64,000 nucleotides of DNA, taken from the NCBI RefSeq assembly GCF_044704955.1, contig NC_091980.1:86180001-86244000 (forward strand). Reading direction: 5' to 3'. The DNA is from Pristiophorus japonicus. Lineage: Eukaryota. This document shows, one piece after another, positions 1 through 12,295 of the stretch (positions within the stretch are counted from its first letter, which is position 1; the number at the start of each line of letters is the position of its first letter). A program made the position numbers and the translations under genes. The notes under the pieces are model-generated. The model saw nothing but the letters and a program-made list of their open reading frames with translations, did no database searches and was not told the DNA's origin.

Positions 1-73
1 CAAGCACAAGTGAGAGCGACACAGACATGGATACCAGCATGGATCCTGGAGCCAAAGTTCCCATCAGAGACCT

Positions 74-364
74 ATACAACGTGTAAATTACCAGTCTGCA
101 ATTCACAAGCGATATCTTGAGAACATGCCAGAAATCCCATCTCCAAAGGACCATGGGTGGAAACTTGAAGATGATGTACTTGTCACAGACTGGATGACAC
201 TTCCTCCAGCACCAGCCAGTGTAGTGGAGCTTGCACATTGTTCATGCAAAAAGACCCAGTGTGCACAGGGAAGGTGCTCTTGTCTTCTCAACAAGCTACC
301 TTGCACCGACATCTGCTCGTGTGTAGCTTGTGAAAATGTTGGTATCTTTGCCCGAGACTTCTAG
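74..364 (+). pseudogene. C-terminal fragment of an Academ-type transposase with CXC/Cys-rich zinc finger
   Basis: Reads IQRVNYQSAIHKRYLENMPEIPSPKDHGWKL...DWMTLPPAPASVVELAHCSCKKTQCAQGRCSCLLNKLPCTDICSCVACEN. The RxNYQ / PxPxxxGW / WxxxPPAP / multi-Cys pattern is typical of these proteins. Confidence 0.6.
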
Positions 365-523
365 TGCTGGTAACCAGATACCCTTGATTCTGACGATGAT
401 TCATAGATATATATTCCTTTTCAGCCTCTAACCTTTTTAAAAGATCTATTTTGTTTTTTCAGTACTTCTATCTTTAAAAGAAATCAACACAATTACTTTT
501 GCTGCTATTATAATTATAATTAT

Positions 524-935
524 ATCATCATCATCATCATAGGCAGTCCCTCAAAATCGAGGAAGACTTGCTTCCACTCTAAAAGTGAGTTCTCAGGTGA
601 CTGTACAGTCCAGTACGGGAATTACAGTCTCTGTCACAGGTGGGACAGACAGTCATTGAAGGAAAGGGTGGGTAGGGAGTCTGGTTTTCCACACGCTTCT
701 TCCACTATCTGCGTTTGATTTCTGCATGCTCTCGGCAACGAGACTCGAGGTACTCAGCACCCTTCCGGATGCTCCTCCTCCACTTAGGGCGGTCTTGGGC
801 CAGGGATTCCCAGGTGCCAGTGGGGATGTTGCACTTTATCAAGGAGGCTTTGAGGGTGTCCTTGAAACGTTTCCTCTGCCCACCTGGGGCCTGCTTGCCG
901 TGTAGGAGTTCTGAGTAGAGCGCTTGCTTTGGGAG
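524..935 (-). mobile_element. RTE-clade LINE, 5'-truncated 3' end with (GAT)n tail
   Basis: Minus strand encodes PKQALYSELLHGKQAPGGQRKRFKDTLKASL...CPTCDRDC...SHLRTH; (TCA)n tail at 524-540. Confidence 0.85.
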
Positions 936-1083
936 ACATATATGGTTGACAAATGAGTGTGGGTGTCCGCCTGAAATGTGTATGAAGTAATGGTTGCTAT
1001 GGTAGATTTCTTTGTTAGCAACGGATTTGAAAACAAAATTAGATTTATGTATAACTGCACCATTTGATGTGTCCAGACCGCAG

Positions 1084-1800
1084 GGGGTAGAAATTGCCCC
1101 CCCCCTCCACCCACCTGAAATGGGGTGCTCCCCCCCCCCCCCGTTGCGATGTTTTTTTACCTCAGCTGCGGTTCAGGTCGACTCTTTCGGGAAATTCCGC
1201 TCTTTGTTTTTTTTTGTTTTGATCCAGAAGTCGGTCATAATAGGGGCAGTGACAACAACTGAGGGGTGGAAGTTGGGGGCGGTGTGTATTCACCTCTGCG
1301 ATGACCTCATCACGGCGCTGAATCACCACAGCTTTCCTCTTCACCTAAGAGGGGGTGCCAGGCTGCCTGTTGGTGGCCCGCTGAACTCGGGGGCATAATT
1401 GTTGGGTGGACACGGCAATCGGCCGACAAAAAAAACATGGCAGCAGTGGCAGTGCGCCCGCCCCTTTCAGGGAAGCTGCATCACCGCTGCAAAAGGCCAC
1501 AGCCTCACTGGACCACCGGGGAAAAAGCTGTTTTGGCACCACCAGACGGGCCGAAAATTTTCCAAGGGAATGTCACCGTCAGGGGGGTAGATCGGTGGTG
1601 TGCACGGTGATGGCGTGCTTAACACCGATCGGCAGCAGCGGAGTGATAAGTGGGGGACCGGGGCACCACCGTGAAAACTCGGGAGGGCAACTGGGGCTAC
1701 CAGTGGCCATTCCACCAAAAGTCGGCGGCCACTCCAGTCTGCAGCGTGACCACCGATTTGCGGTGGTAACAGGCCTTAAGAAAAGGGGCAATTTCGGCCC
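1084..1800. mobile_element. Non-autonomous DNA transposon (MITE), Harbinger-like termini
   Basis: Terminal inverted repeats GGGTAGAAATTGCCCC ... GGGGCAATTTCGGCCC (14/16 match); GC-rich non-coding interior. Confidence 0.65.
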
Positions 1801-1904
1801 TGGGATATCCTCAGTAATACTTCTTTTTATCAATTCTTACCCTATCCATGCTTAAAATTTAGCAGTAGCATTGACATGTTACCATTGCTAGGGAAAAGAA
1901 AGTC

Positions 1905-2032
1905 CATGGCGAGAAAGCAGGAATGGGGTACTGAAGTTGCAGGTTCAGCCATGAACCCATTGAATGGCGGTGCAGGCTAGAAGGGCCGAATGGCCTACTC
2001 CTGCACCTATTTCCTATGTTTCTATGTTTCTA
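1905..2032 (+). mobile_element. CR1/HER1 LINE 3' tail fragment
   Basis: Matches the 3' UTR of the LINE at 32850-32974; ends in (TTCTATGT)n. Confidence 0.85.
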
Positions 2033-2721
2033 TAACAACCATTTTTATGTTTTTCTTTGTTTTTGGCCATTTCTCGGTAACACTCAATTTTCAGACTTGG
2101 GAACATTTGGTTTTTGCTTCAGATACATATGTTTAATGTAGTTAGCATGATTCTAGGTACTTCCCACATGGAGACTATGGAACAAAAAATCTAGGCAAGA
2201 AAACAGGCTTCGGCCCACGGTCTAAATGGCCTCTCATTTGGGTGAGATATCAAAGGGCTAACCGATGTCTGTGGAACCACACAGTTTCAGGAAAAAAAGG
2301 CGAAAGAGGGGAAATAAACGAGCATTGCAATATTGGTTTGATTGGGGCAAAGAAAGTAGTGTGTTGAAAGTAGTGCTTTTGTACGAAGGATGTTATAATG
2401 CCAAATGAATAGTTTAGTGACAAAATATTTGATAAATAGGTCCAGTCTTTATCATGTGTTTTTCTTCTGCTCATGTCTATTGTTGTGAGCTGGAATATTT
2501 TCACACTTGAGAGAAAGAAGTAAAGTGGTGGATAGTAGCCAACTGGGCAAGGAGAGAGGGGATGAAATTGGACAGTGCCAACCCTGCTGACACGAATGAG
2601 CACAGGAAATGATCCTTGCACCAGAACGGGCAGCCCAAGGCACACTCAAGCCTCATTTAAATTAGACAAGAGAGCTACAGACACCTGCTGCGTGTCCCCA
2701 GACAGCTGGTCGGCGGAGTGG

Positions 2722-3005
2722 AAAGGGGTAGGGGGCAATCTGGAAGGAGGGGGTGTGATCGAGAGGGAGGGGCAATCTGGAAGGAGGGGGTGTGATCGAG
2801 AGGGAGGGGCAATCTGGAAGGATAGGGTGTGATCGATAGGGAGGGGGCAATTTGGAAGGAGAGGGTGTGATCGAAAGGGAGGGAGTGGGTGATCGGGGGG
2901 GAAGGGGGTGATTTGGGGGGTGTTCTGGAGGGTAGAGGGCGGTTGAGAGGGAGGGAGGCAGTCGGGAGGGTAGGGGGTGGTTAGGAGAGGACCGAGCGGG
3001 GGCTA
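2722..3005 (+). repeat. G-rich degenerate tandem repeat (about 36-40 bp unit)
   Basis: About 4 copies of GGGGCAATCTGGAAGGAGGGGGTGTGATCGAGAGGGA, decaying rightwards. Confidence 0.6.
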
Positions 3006-4611
3006 GTGACGGTCTTCGGTACTTCGGTAGAGGCAGGACTCCTGGCTCTACATTCACGTAAATATATATTTTTTAACTTACCTTTTTGGTGGCGGGCTCC
3101 ACCAGTTAGCTTGAACACAGCTGGCGTTATTTGTAAAATAAATGTGTGTGTAAACCAGACTAGAATAGAATCAAACTTATTTATAATAGCTAAGCAATTA
3201 TGATATCTATCAACATTCAATGTCCAAGCGAAATAACCAAGGACTCATGCAAACTGATTATAGGTGCTAAAAAGTGCATTTTAATGTTGTTCTATCTCCT
3301 GTAAAAAAAACTCAGTGCTCTGCTGAGTATATTCCAAATTCATATCTGCAAATCTGCTCGGCTCTTGTGCTGGTTCCTAGCCAAGGTGGCAGACTGGTAC
3401 ATGAGCAAAATATTAAGCTATTTTCAACCTCCAGCTGTCTTGCTGCCTGGTGCAATTTGTTTTTATTTTGACAGCTATCGCCTGTTGTAATAAATGGCAC
3501 AAACAAAGAAAATCTCTGGATGAGACCAAAATAATGCATTAAAAAAATTAAAGCTAAATGACTATTATATCAACCCAGTATTCTACGTACTTGTTCTTCA
3601 TCAATTTCCTTCTTGCATCATGCATTGTGTAATGAAATTCCCTGGAGGAGGTAGAAATGACAGGAATGGTCTGCGGATGTGACATCCATGTTATTATCCA
3701 GTCCTTGCGATATTCAGCAGAGACGTATCTGTGGAATACACAAGTCAGTGGAATGGAGCATAAAAGACAAATTTTACAGAAATCTACATGGTTCTTGGAA
3801 AATTCAGCGCAAGAGCTTCTGGACTTTTACGATGACGATCTGGGAAAGCCCAGAGAACATTTTTTTTGTGTATTAGTGGCATCAGAAATGTTATAATTTT
3901 GTTTTTTTTATAGAGCTGTTTTCTTCCTGCGAGGCAGACTGTGAGGTATGGTGTATAATAAACACAGATCAGACTTTACATGCTACACTTATTTAAAGTC
4001 AAATAGAAATATCATTGATGAGAGGTCTACAAAGGTAAACAAAAAAATGCATAGATTAAGAAAAGCCTGTAAATGGGTTAATTTCCCTTCATAAGCATTA
4101 TTTCTTGAGAAATGTGAGTCTTTTCCATTTTGAACAGCAAAATCCTGGTTATTGGCAGAGCAAATTCAGTAGTTTTATTTTCAAGTCTCTCTTTCAGTAT
4201 CAGTACACTGTAATAGTCTCACTTAAATAGGGATTTTAAAGATTCTATCTGCTCAAATGTCAGAATTCATCAAGAATATGTGGTTTCAGTGTCTTGTTTT
4301 TGAGCATGCAATTCTCATGAAGTCATGGCTCCTGGATAACTCAACAAACCTACGAATCATCAATGTAAAAGCAACTATTATATAAATTGTTTACATGCAA
4401 AGGCCACAAGCAACAGTTTGAATAAATGCATATGCAAATAAAGCTTGAGTGGATTCACAGATACGATCAGGAGGAAATACATTTGTGTCTGCCAGAATCA
4501 CTCAATAAACAGGTTTTTAGACAATCAGAATGGAGTGCCCAATAGTTCATTCAGGAAACAGAAAATTCTGTCACTTACGTCAATGTAACTATTAGAAATT
4601 TAATTTATTTT

Positions 4612-5350
4612 GCTGGCCTTACGGGCGCATATGAGGTACGCGCGTGCCCATAGGGAGCTGTGCAAATTCTGGGTTTAGGAAGTGCATGTGCTAAAATCCA
4701 GAACTTGCGATGTGTCAAGAATCTTCTTGACAGATCGTACGAATCCCCGGGAGAAGGGCCTCTGCGGGTGGAGAGCTGGGCTATTTGCTCAACTTCTGCT
4801 CAGCGAATGCCCGTGAAATTCTTACACCTGCTAAAAGCAGACCTTTATCAGTGCGAGACTTTTAAAGGACATAAAAATACTTTTTTTTCATTTAAACATT
4901 AAAACACATGTAAAATAGGGTAAGTTTATTTTTAGACCCATTAAAATATGTACATTTATTTTTCAAAAAATAAAACTTTTGTTTTAAATATTGAATCAAA
5001 TGCCATTGTGATTCATTTTAGATATGTGATTTAAAAATATATATATATTTTAAGTGTATGTGTATTTTCGGGGGTATTCCCATTCATACTTATGGGGTTC
5101 CATACATACGGAATCCCCATAAGTATGAATGGGGATCCCCATTTTTCATTGGTTGGGCTGGCCCATGTGATCCCAAGGGCACTTGCGAACCGCATGCACC
5201 CCTGGAATATGTGGGCCTCTATGCAGGTCTACGCATAGACATCCAGGAGCACTATTGTCTGAACCTCCGGGACCATCAGGTAGGTTCGTAGATTTTTTGC
5301 AGGTCGGAGGCATCCGCTCGCCGAATGCCTCCGACGGCAATCTTAGGCAT
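4612..5350. mobile_element. Decayed MITE-like repeat related to the element at 7554-8276
   Basis: Shares motifs (AAATCTT.CACCTG.AAAAGCA, GGTAAGTTTATTTTTA, AT-rich core, internal hairpin). Termini not clean. Confidence 0.45.
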
Positions 5351-6019
5351 ACTGAGTCCCTCTTGATCGAGGAGAGACCCTGATTTTAACTCCAAGTAGG
5401 TTTTGGTCAGATGGGGGTTGAATGGGTCGGAGGTGAATGGGTAGCAGCTGCTGGCCTGTGGAAAATCACCACCCTGCCATCATGCAGGTGGGTATGGGGG
5501 TTTCTAGGAGGGTCTCGCAGGAAGGAAGTTGGGAGTTCAGGACAGAGGAGGCCTAAACTTTCCTTCTGGGATCCAGAGGAGCACTGCGCCAAGAAAAACT
5601 TTACGTCGTGGGAAAGCCATAGTATCCAGAAGCCTGAGATAAAATTGCGGACGGCGGAATTCGGGTGGCTCTGGGTCCGGTAATTAAACCAGGGCATTTT
5701 AACTGACCAATTTCTGCCAGGTGGGTGGGGATAAAATCGTCAGACATGTTTTATATTTTGAACAGCAGTCACCTGGTGGACTTGAACTCAATCCAATATT
5801 TGTAACAAGGACATAAGAACATAAACATTACCACATCCAGTTTAGTCTGTACAACTAGATGTGTCTATAAAAAGACAGATGTCTCTTGAATTTGACCCTG
5901 GTGGTTAATGGCAGCAGAGAAAGACTATCCATGAGTGAGTTCTCATGGTTTCTCATTCCGCAGCAACCCTAGTTCATTGAATCATGGTTAACTCTCCAGA
6001 TAACAGCTTCTCTATTGTC

Positions 6020-6390
6020 CTAGTGGTTCTGTGCCATACAGACCAGAAGATTCCAAGTTCCATCCTCGATACGTGTTCAATTAGCTTATCTCAACCGATA
6101 CAGCTATTGGAGTGCTGCAATTGGCCTCAGTCTAGGGAAAGGAATAGGTCTAGGGAAAGGAAAAATCATCCAATTTTCCCACTCCTATCTAGTGATCCAT
6201 GCTGGAAAATGTGGATGTGTGAAGACTGGGTGAGAACAAGTTTAAGCTAACCTGTGATGCCCTCTAATGGTTATATAGCCTGCCAACACTCACTGTCTGG
6301 ATTCACACATCAAAGACAGCCATTTGGCAAAATACTGGAGGGTTGTTTGACCCTGTGGAAACGTATCCAGCAAGAGACAACTGGAAAACA
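6020..6390 (+). mobile_element. Old SINE-like repeat; related pieces at about 14330-14620 and 23040-23130
   Basis: tRNA-like head remnant (CATACAGACCAGAAG...GTTC.ATCC) and a body similar to 14330-14620. Confidence 0.35.
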
Positions 6391-7344
6391 AAAAGCGCTC
6401 CATCTAATCTTCCACATATGATGGATAGAGTCTCCAGGCAGGGAAAGCAACATGTAGAACTTCACTGCTGTTTTTCAATGCAGCCTTCATGGATTAATAC
6501 AGAATTAGGCGCTGCAGCTGAAGCAGCTGTTGTGTGTTTTTGGCATAAACATAAAACACTGCCGTAAGCGTGAGCAGCTCTTGCAGTGCTGTTCTGATCA
6601 AAATCTAACACAAAACTAACAAGCATCGATATTTCTTAAGTACTGTAGAAGATGAATAATGACAAAGATTAGGCCATCCTCATGCAGTCTGTTAATCTGC
6701 TCTGAGCTGTATCTAGTCCAGGAGCAAGAGCTGAGCTTTATGCAGCCTGGCAAACAGAGTTATAATATTTACTCTTGAGTTAGGTATAGTCTTTGCATGA
6801 TGATAAATTAATGAGACAAAACTTTCTGGAAGATCCCATTCTTCTAGATCTTTCAACGATTTTTCAACCATTTTTAACCATTTCAGCTCATTTGCTCTAG
6901 CATTGCTTACCAAGCCAAGAAGCTGAATGTGTGTAAAAGAGAACTTCAGGCCGAAAATGCAATGATCCATGACTCTGGCTAAAGTCCCAGGATGTGCCCG
7001 CTGGTAACCTCCGCTGCTGCGTCTGCTGGACTTTCCGGGGTAAGGATCTGAATTTTACAGGCATCATTGAGAGCTTGAGAACTATGGAAACATGTTATCA
7101 CATTTTAATGTTCTCCACCCAAAAAAATTGGAATATTATTTGCCAGCAAAATGTGCAGAGCATTTTTTGAGTAGATGTTATAAGATGAAAATTGTACACC
7201 TTTAATAAACTGCAAAGGTATTGGGTGCCAATGGTGTTATACAGCATAAAAACAGAAAATGTCAGAAATACTCAGCAGATATTTGACGAAAGGTCATCAT
7301 TTGATGAAAGGCAACTACTTTCTCAACCTGCCCTGCCACCTTCA

Positions 7345-10300
7345 GCGATTTATACAATGGAGGCAGCGGCAGCAGCATAAAGGGAGCTGAGTAGCGATCC
7401 AAAACAAAAACACAAGGAGTGACGTCACATGATAGCTGCTAACTGATTGGTTGGTAAAGGTCACACCGTTTTTTTTAACTTCAAGTTAGGGGTTGGGGTT
7501 AAATAGCTGGTTAGTAATAAAGAAGAAGCTTAGAAATTAGTAACTGTTAATAATGGCCCTGAAATTCTGGCCTCCCCGGGTCTGTACAGAGTTCCTACGG
7601 ACCCGGGAAGGCATTGGAAATGCCAGTTTCCAGCGCGCAATGCGCATGCGCTGGAAACCGACATTTCCGATCTGTCAAGTCTGTGGCTTGACAGATGGCC
7701 GCATCTTGGGAGTGAGGACACTTGTAAGTGGAAATTTCCGATATTTACACTTACAAATGTCCTCAAAAATCTTGCACCTGAAAAAGCAAGCGCATAGCCT
7801 ACTTTTACAGGCGCAAGTATTTTAAAAAACACAAAAACATATAAAAATAAAGTTATTAAAACATATTTTATCATTAAAAACCCTCCCCATAATGGTAAGT
7901 TTATTTTTAAAAACATTTTAAAAAATCGGGAAATTATTTTTTTTTAGACATTAAGAACTTTAATTTAAATGAATGTAGTGTAATCATTTTCTATTTTTTA
8001 TTAGTGTTTTGGGTGTTTCGGGCTCTATCACAATCATAGTAATAGGAGTTCAGGACCCTGTGGAACTTCTATTACTATGATACTTTACCTGATTGGCTGC
8101 CCAGAGCCATGTGGCTCCAGCTCGAGGCCTGTGCACGCGTCGATGTGCACGCACTGCGAATCGCAGTCAAAGGAGGCCTCAGCATCGGAAAGTCGAACAT
8201 GGGCAGCAACTTAAGGTAGGTGCATATTTTTTCTCTAAAGTGTCTGTGGGAAGGCCAAAATGGAATTTCAGGGCCACCATATTAAATTAGTAATTGTTAA
8301 TATTAAATTATATTAATAACTGTTAATATTATATTAAATTAGTACCTGTAATACTATATTATATTAATAACTTGAATTAGATACATCGTAGTGTTAAGTT
8401 TCTGTAAAGTTAGTTAATAGTCGAATAAATAAAGGCATGGCAGGGCAGCTTGGTCTCGTGGACTGCACATCCTGTGCCACGTGGGAAATCGAGGACGCTT
8501 CCCGTGTCCTGGCCAACCACGTGTGCAGGAAGTGTCGTCAGCTGGAGGAGCTCGAGCTCCTGTTTCAGAGCTTGAACAGCAGCTGGCATCACTGCAGTGC
8601 ATCCGCAACGCTGAGAGCTTCGTGGATAGCACGTTTCAGGAGATGGTCATCCTGCAGATAAGGAGTGTACAAGTAGAGGGAATAGATGACTGACAGACAG
8701 AAATCGAGGACCAGGCAAGTAGTGCAAGAGTCCCCTGAATGCATCTCGCTCTCTGCTCTCAGCTCTCTGCTCGCCCTCTGACTCAATTTTATCTTTCAAA
8801 AGGGAATGCAGGACATTCTGAGGGGGGAGGGTGAATATCTAGAGGTTGTGGTCCATATCAGCATCAATGACATAGGAAGAAAGAGGGATGAGGTCCTGCG
8901 AGGCTGGAGAGTTGGTCAGGATGGAGGGCTTTAAATTCCTGAGGCATTGGGACCATTTCTGGGGGAGATGGAACCTGTACAAGCTGGACGGGTTGCACTT
9001 TAACAGAGCTGGAACTAATATTCTTGCTGGGGGGTTTGCTAGTGTTGTTGGGGAGGATTTAAACTAGCTTAGCAGGGGGATGGGAACCCAAAAGCATTGT
9101 CAGAGAGGAGAGAATCCAAGCTGGAATGGGAGGCAGAATATTAGTAAGCAAGTTTGGAAGGGAGAGGAAACAAAGGCTAGAAAATGGACAACAAGGCAGT
9201 TTGGCAATGCTAGATCATATATACTTTAATGCAAGGAGTCTAGGAAATAAGGCAGATAAGCTAAGGGCATAGAAAGACACGGGATTATGATATTATAGCC
9301 ATTACTGAGACATGGCTGAAAGAAGGGCAGAAATGGCAGCTCAACATTCCTGATTACAGGATTTTCAGGCGAGATAGAGAGGGGGTTAAAAAAGGAGTGG
9401 GGGGGTTTGCAATGTTGATTAATGAAGCAATTACAGCAGTAAGGAGGGATGATATGTTAGAAAGATCATCAGATGAAGCTATATTGGTGGAACTAAAGAA
9501 CAAAAAGGGGCAATCACACTGCTGGGAATGTATTATAGACCACCAAACAGTCCAAGGGAGATAGAAAAGCAAATTTGTAGGCAAATTACTGACAAGTGCA
9601 AAAACAATAGGGCAGTAATAGTGGGGGATTTTAATTACCTTGATATTACCTGGGAAACTATCAGTGTAAAAGGTATAGAGGGCACAGAATTCCTAAATTG
9701 CATTCAGGAGAACTTTCTTAGCCAATATGTAGCAAGCCCAAGAAGAGGGGAGGCAGTTCTGGATTTAGTGTTCAGGAATGAAGCTGGGCAGGTGGAAGGA
9801 GTAGCAGTGGGAGAGGATTTTTGTGATCATAATTCAGTTAGTTTTAGCATAATTATGGATAAGGACAATGAAAAAATGGGAGTAAGGGTTCTAAATTGGG
9901 GGAAGGCCAATTTTACTAGGCTGAGAAGTGATTTCGCAAAAGTGGACTGGAAACAGTTACTTGAAGGTAAATCAATGCCAGAGCAATGGGAGGCATTCGA
10001 GAGGGAGGTACATAGAGTTCAGGGTAAACATGTTCCCACAAAGTAAAATGGTAGAATTGCCAAAGATAGAACCCCCTGGATGACAAGATGCATACAGGGT
10101 AAGATAAGCAAAAAAGGGAAGCCTATATCCGATATCGAGAGCTCAAAACTGCAGAAAGCCTAGAAGAGTATAGAAAGTGCAGGGGTGAAATTAAGAAGGA
10201 ACTTAGGAAAGCAAAAAGAGGGCATGAAAAAATAATAGTAAGTAGAATCAAAGAAAACCCAAAGATGTTTTATAATTACATAAAGAGCAAGAGGATAACT

Positions 10301-12041
10301 AAGGAAAGAGAAGGGCCTATTAGGGAACAAAATGGTGATCTATGTGTGGCGGCGGAGAATGTGGGTAAGGTACTTAATGAATACTTGGCATCTATCTTCA
10401 CAAAAGAGGGGGATGATGCCGACGTTGAAGTTCAAGAGGAAGTAGTGAAATATTGGACGGGATAAACATAGCAAGGATCCTTGAAAGTAGATAAATTGCC
10501 TGGACTGGATGAAATATATCCAAGGCTACTAAAAGAAGCAAGGGAGGAAATTGCGAAGGCTCTGACCATCATTTTTCAATCCTCCCTGGCTACAGGAGTT
10601 GTGCCAGAGGATTAGAGAACTGCTAATGTTGTACCATAGTTTAAAAAGGGAGGAAGGGATAAACCGGGCAATTACAGACTAGTTTGTTTAACCTCGGTGG
10701 CAGGCAAATTATTCTAATAAATTCTGAGGGACAGTATAAAGCGTCATTTAGAAAGATACAGATTAATCAAGGTCAGTCAACATGGATTTGTTAAGGGAAG
10801 GTCGTGTCTGACTAACTTGATTGCATTCTTTGAGGAGGTAACAAGGAGAGTCGATGAGGGCAATGCATTTGATGTTGTTTACATGGATTTTAGCAAGGCT
10901 TTTGACAAAGTCCCACATGGTATGCTGATCAAAAAAGTATAAGTCCATGAGATCCAAGGGAGAGTGGCAAATTGGATCCAAAATTGGCTCAGTGGCAGGA
11001 AGCAAATGGTAATGTTTGAGGGGAGCTTTTGTGACTGGAAGGCTGTTTCTAGTTCCACAGAACTCAGTACTCGGTCCCTTAGTTTTTGTAATATATAGTA
11101 ATGATTTAAATTTAAATGTAGGGGACATGATAAAGAAATTTGCAGATGATACAAAAATTGGCCATGTGGTTGACAGTGAGGAGGAAAGCTCCAGATGAAC
11201 TGGTCAGTTGGGCAGAAAAGTGGCAAATGGAATTCAATCTGGAAAAGTGTGAGGTAATGCATTTGGGGAGGGGCAACAAGGCAAGGAAATGCACAATAAA
11301 TGGGAGGATACTAAGAGGTGTGGAGGAGCAGAGGAACCTTGGAGTATATGTCCACAGATCCTTAAAGTAGCAGGACAGGTCAATAAGGTAGTTAAAAAGG
11401 CATACGGAATGCTTTCCTTTATTCGTCGAGGCATAGAATACAAGAGTAGGGAAGTTATGTTAGAACTGTATACAACACTAGTTAGGCCACAGCTTGAGTA
11501 CTGCATGCAATTCTGGTCACCACATTATAGGAAGAATGCGATTGCACTAGAAAGGGGGCAGAGGAGATTTACGAGGATGTTACCAGGACTGGAAAACTTT
11601 AGCTATGAGGAATGATTGGATAGGCTGGGTTGTTTTCCTTGGAACAAAGGAGGCTGAGGGGAGATTTAATTGAGGTGTATAAAATTCTGAGGGGCCTAGA
11701 TAGAATAGATAGGAAGGATCTATTTCTCTTAGCAGAGGGGTTAATAACTAGGGGGCATAGATTTAAAGTAGTTGGTGGAAGGATTAGAGGGGAGATGAGG
11801 AAACATTTCTCCACCCAGAGGGTGTTGGGAGTCTGGAACTCACTGCCTGAAAGGGTGGTAGAGGCAGAAACCCTCATCACATTTAAAAGGTACTTGGATG
11901 TGCATTTAAAGAGCAATAGCCGACAGGGCCATGGACCTAGTACTGGAAGGTGGGATTAAGCTAGGTAACTCTTTATCAACCGGCACAGACACAATGGGCC
12001 AAATGGCCTCCTTCTGTGTCATGATTTTCTATGATCCTATG
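7345..12041 (+). mobile_element. Near full-length CR1-clade LINE (decayed ORF1 zinc finger/esterase, ORF2 APE endonuclease-RT)
   Basis: ORF1 from 8437 (MAGQLGLVDCTSC...CRKC; later DGLH). ORF2 motifs YRPPNS, VGDFNY, QHGF, DFSKAFDKVPH, KFADDTK, RPQLEYC. TTCTATGA tail. Many stops and frameshifts. Confidence 0.9.
7554..8276. mobile_element. MITE with Harbinger-like TIRs inserted in the LINE 5' UTR
   Basis: Perfect 14-bp TIR: TGGCCCTGAAATTC (7554-7567) / GAATTTCAGGGCCA (8263-8276). Confidence 0.75.
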
Positions 12042-12180
12042 AGTTGGATAAGTATCTGAAGGAAAAAAAATTGCAAGGCCACAGGGAAAGGGCAGGGAAG
12101 TGAGACTGGCTGAGAGTCAGCATGGGCTCGACGGGCCAAATGGCTTTCTTCCATGCTGTGACCATTCTATTTTTCTATGA
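12042..12180 (+). mobile_element. Second CR1-type 3' tail fragment
   Basis: GGGCCAAATGGC...TTCTATGA 3' end of a different CR1 subfamily. Confidence 0.6.
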
Positions 12181-12295
12181 CCTGAAATGTTAACTCTGTT
12201 TCTCTCGCCACATATGCTGCCTGACCTGCTGAGTATTTTCAGTTTTTTCTGTTTTTATTTCAGATTTCCAGCATCCGCAGTATTTTGCTTTTATT
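12179..12295. mobile_element. Penelope-like inverted-repeat element fragment; partner half at about 7245-7300
   Basis: GCTGAGTATTTTCAGTTTTTTCTGTTTTTA is an imperfect inverted copy of TAAAAACAGAAAATGTCAGAAATACTCAGC at 7247. Family assignment is from recall. Confidence 0.45.

Larger units (their letters stand above)
1..2224 (+). mobile_element. 3' part of a probable Academ (XPG + Cys-rich finger type) DNA transposon, interrupted by RTE, MITE and CR1-tail insertions
   Basis: Starts with a transposase-like C-terminus (next feature). Ends in ...GGCTTCGGCCCACGGTCTA at 2224, which fits the TAG...CTA termini of Academ. The left end is outside the window. Confidence 0.5.

Noticed and set aside
1012-1855. 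Cluster of overlapping 60-150 aa ORFs
   Set aside because: They lie in a GC-rich MITE; no recognisable domains.
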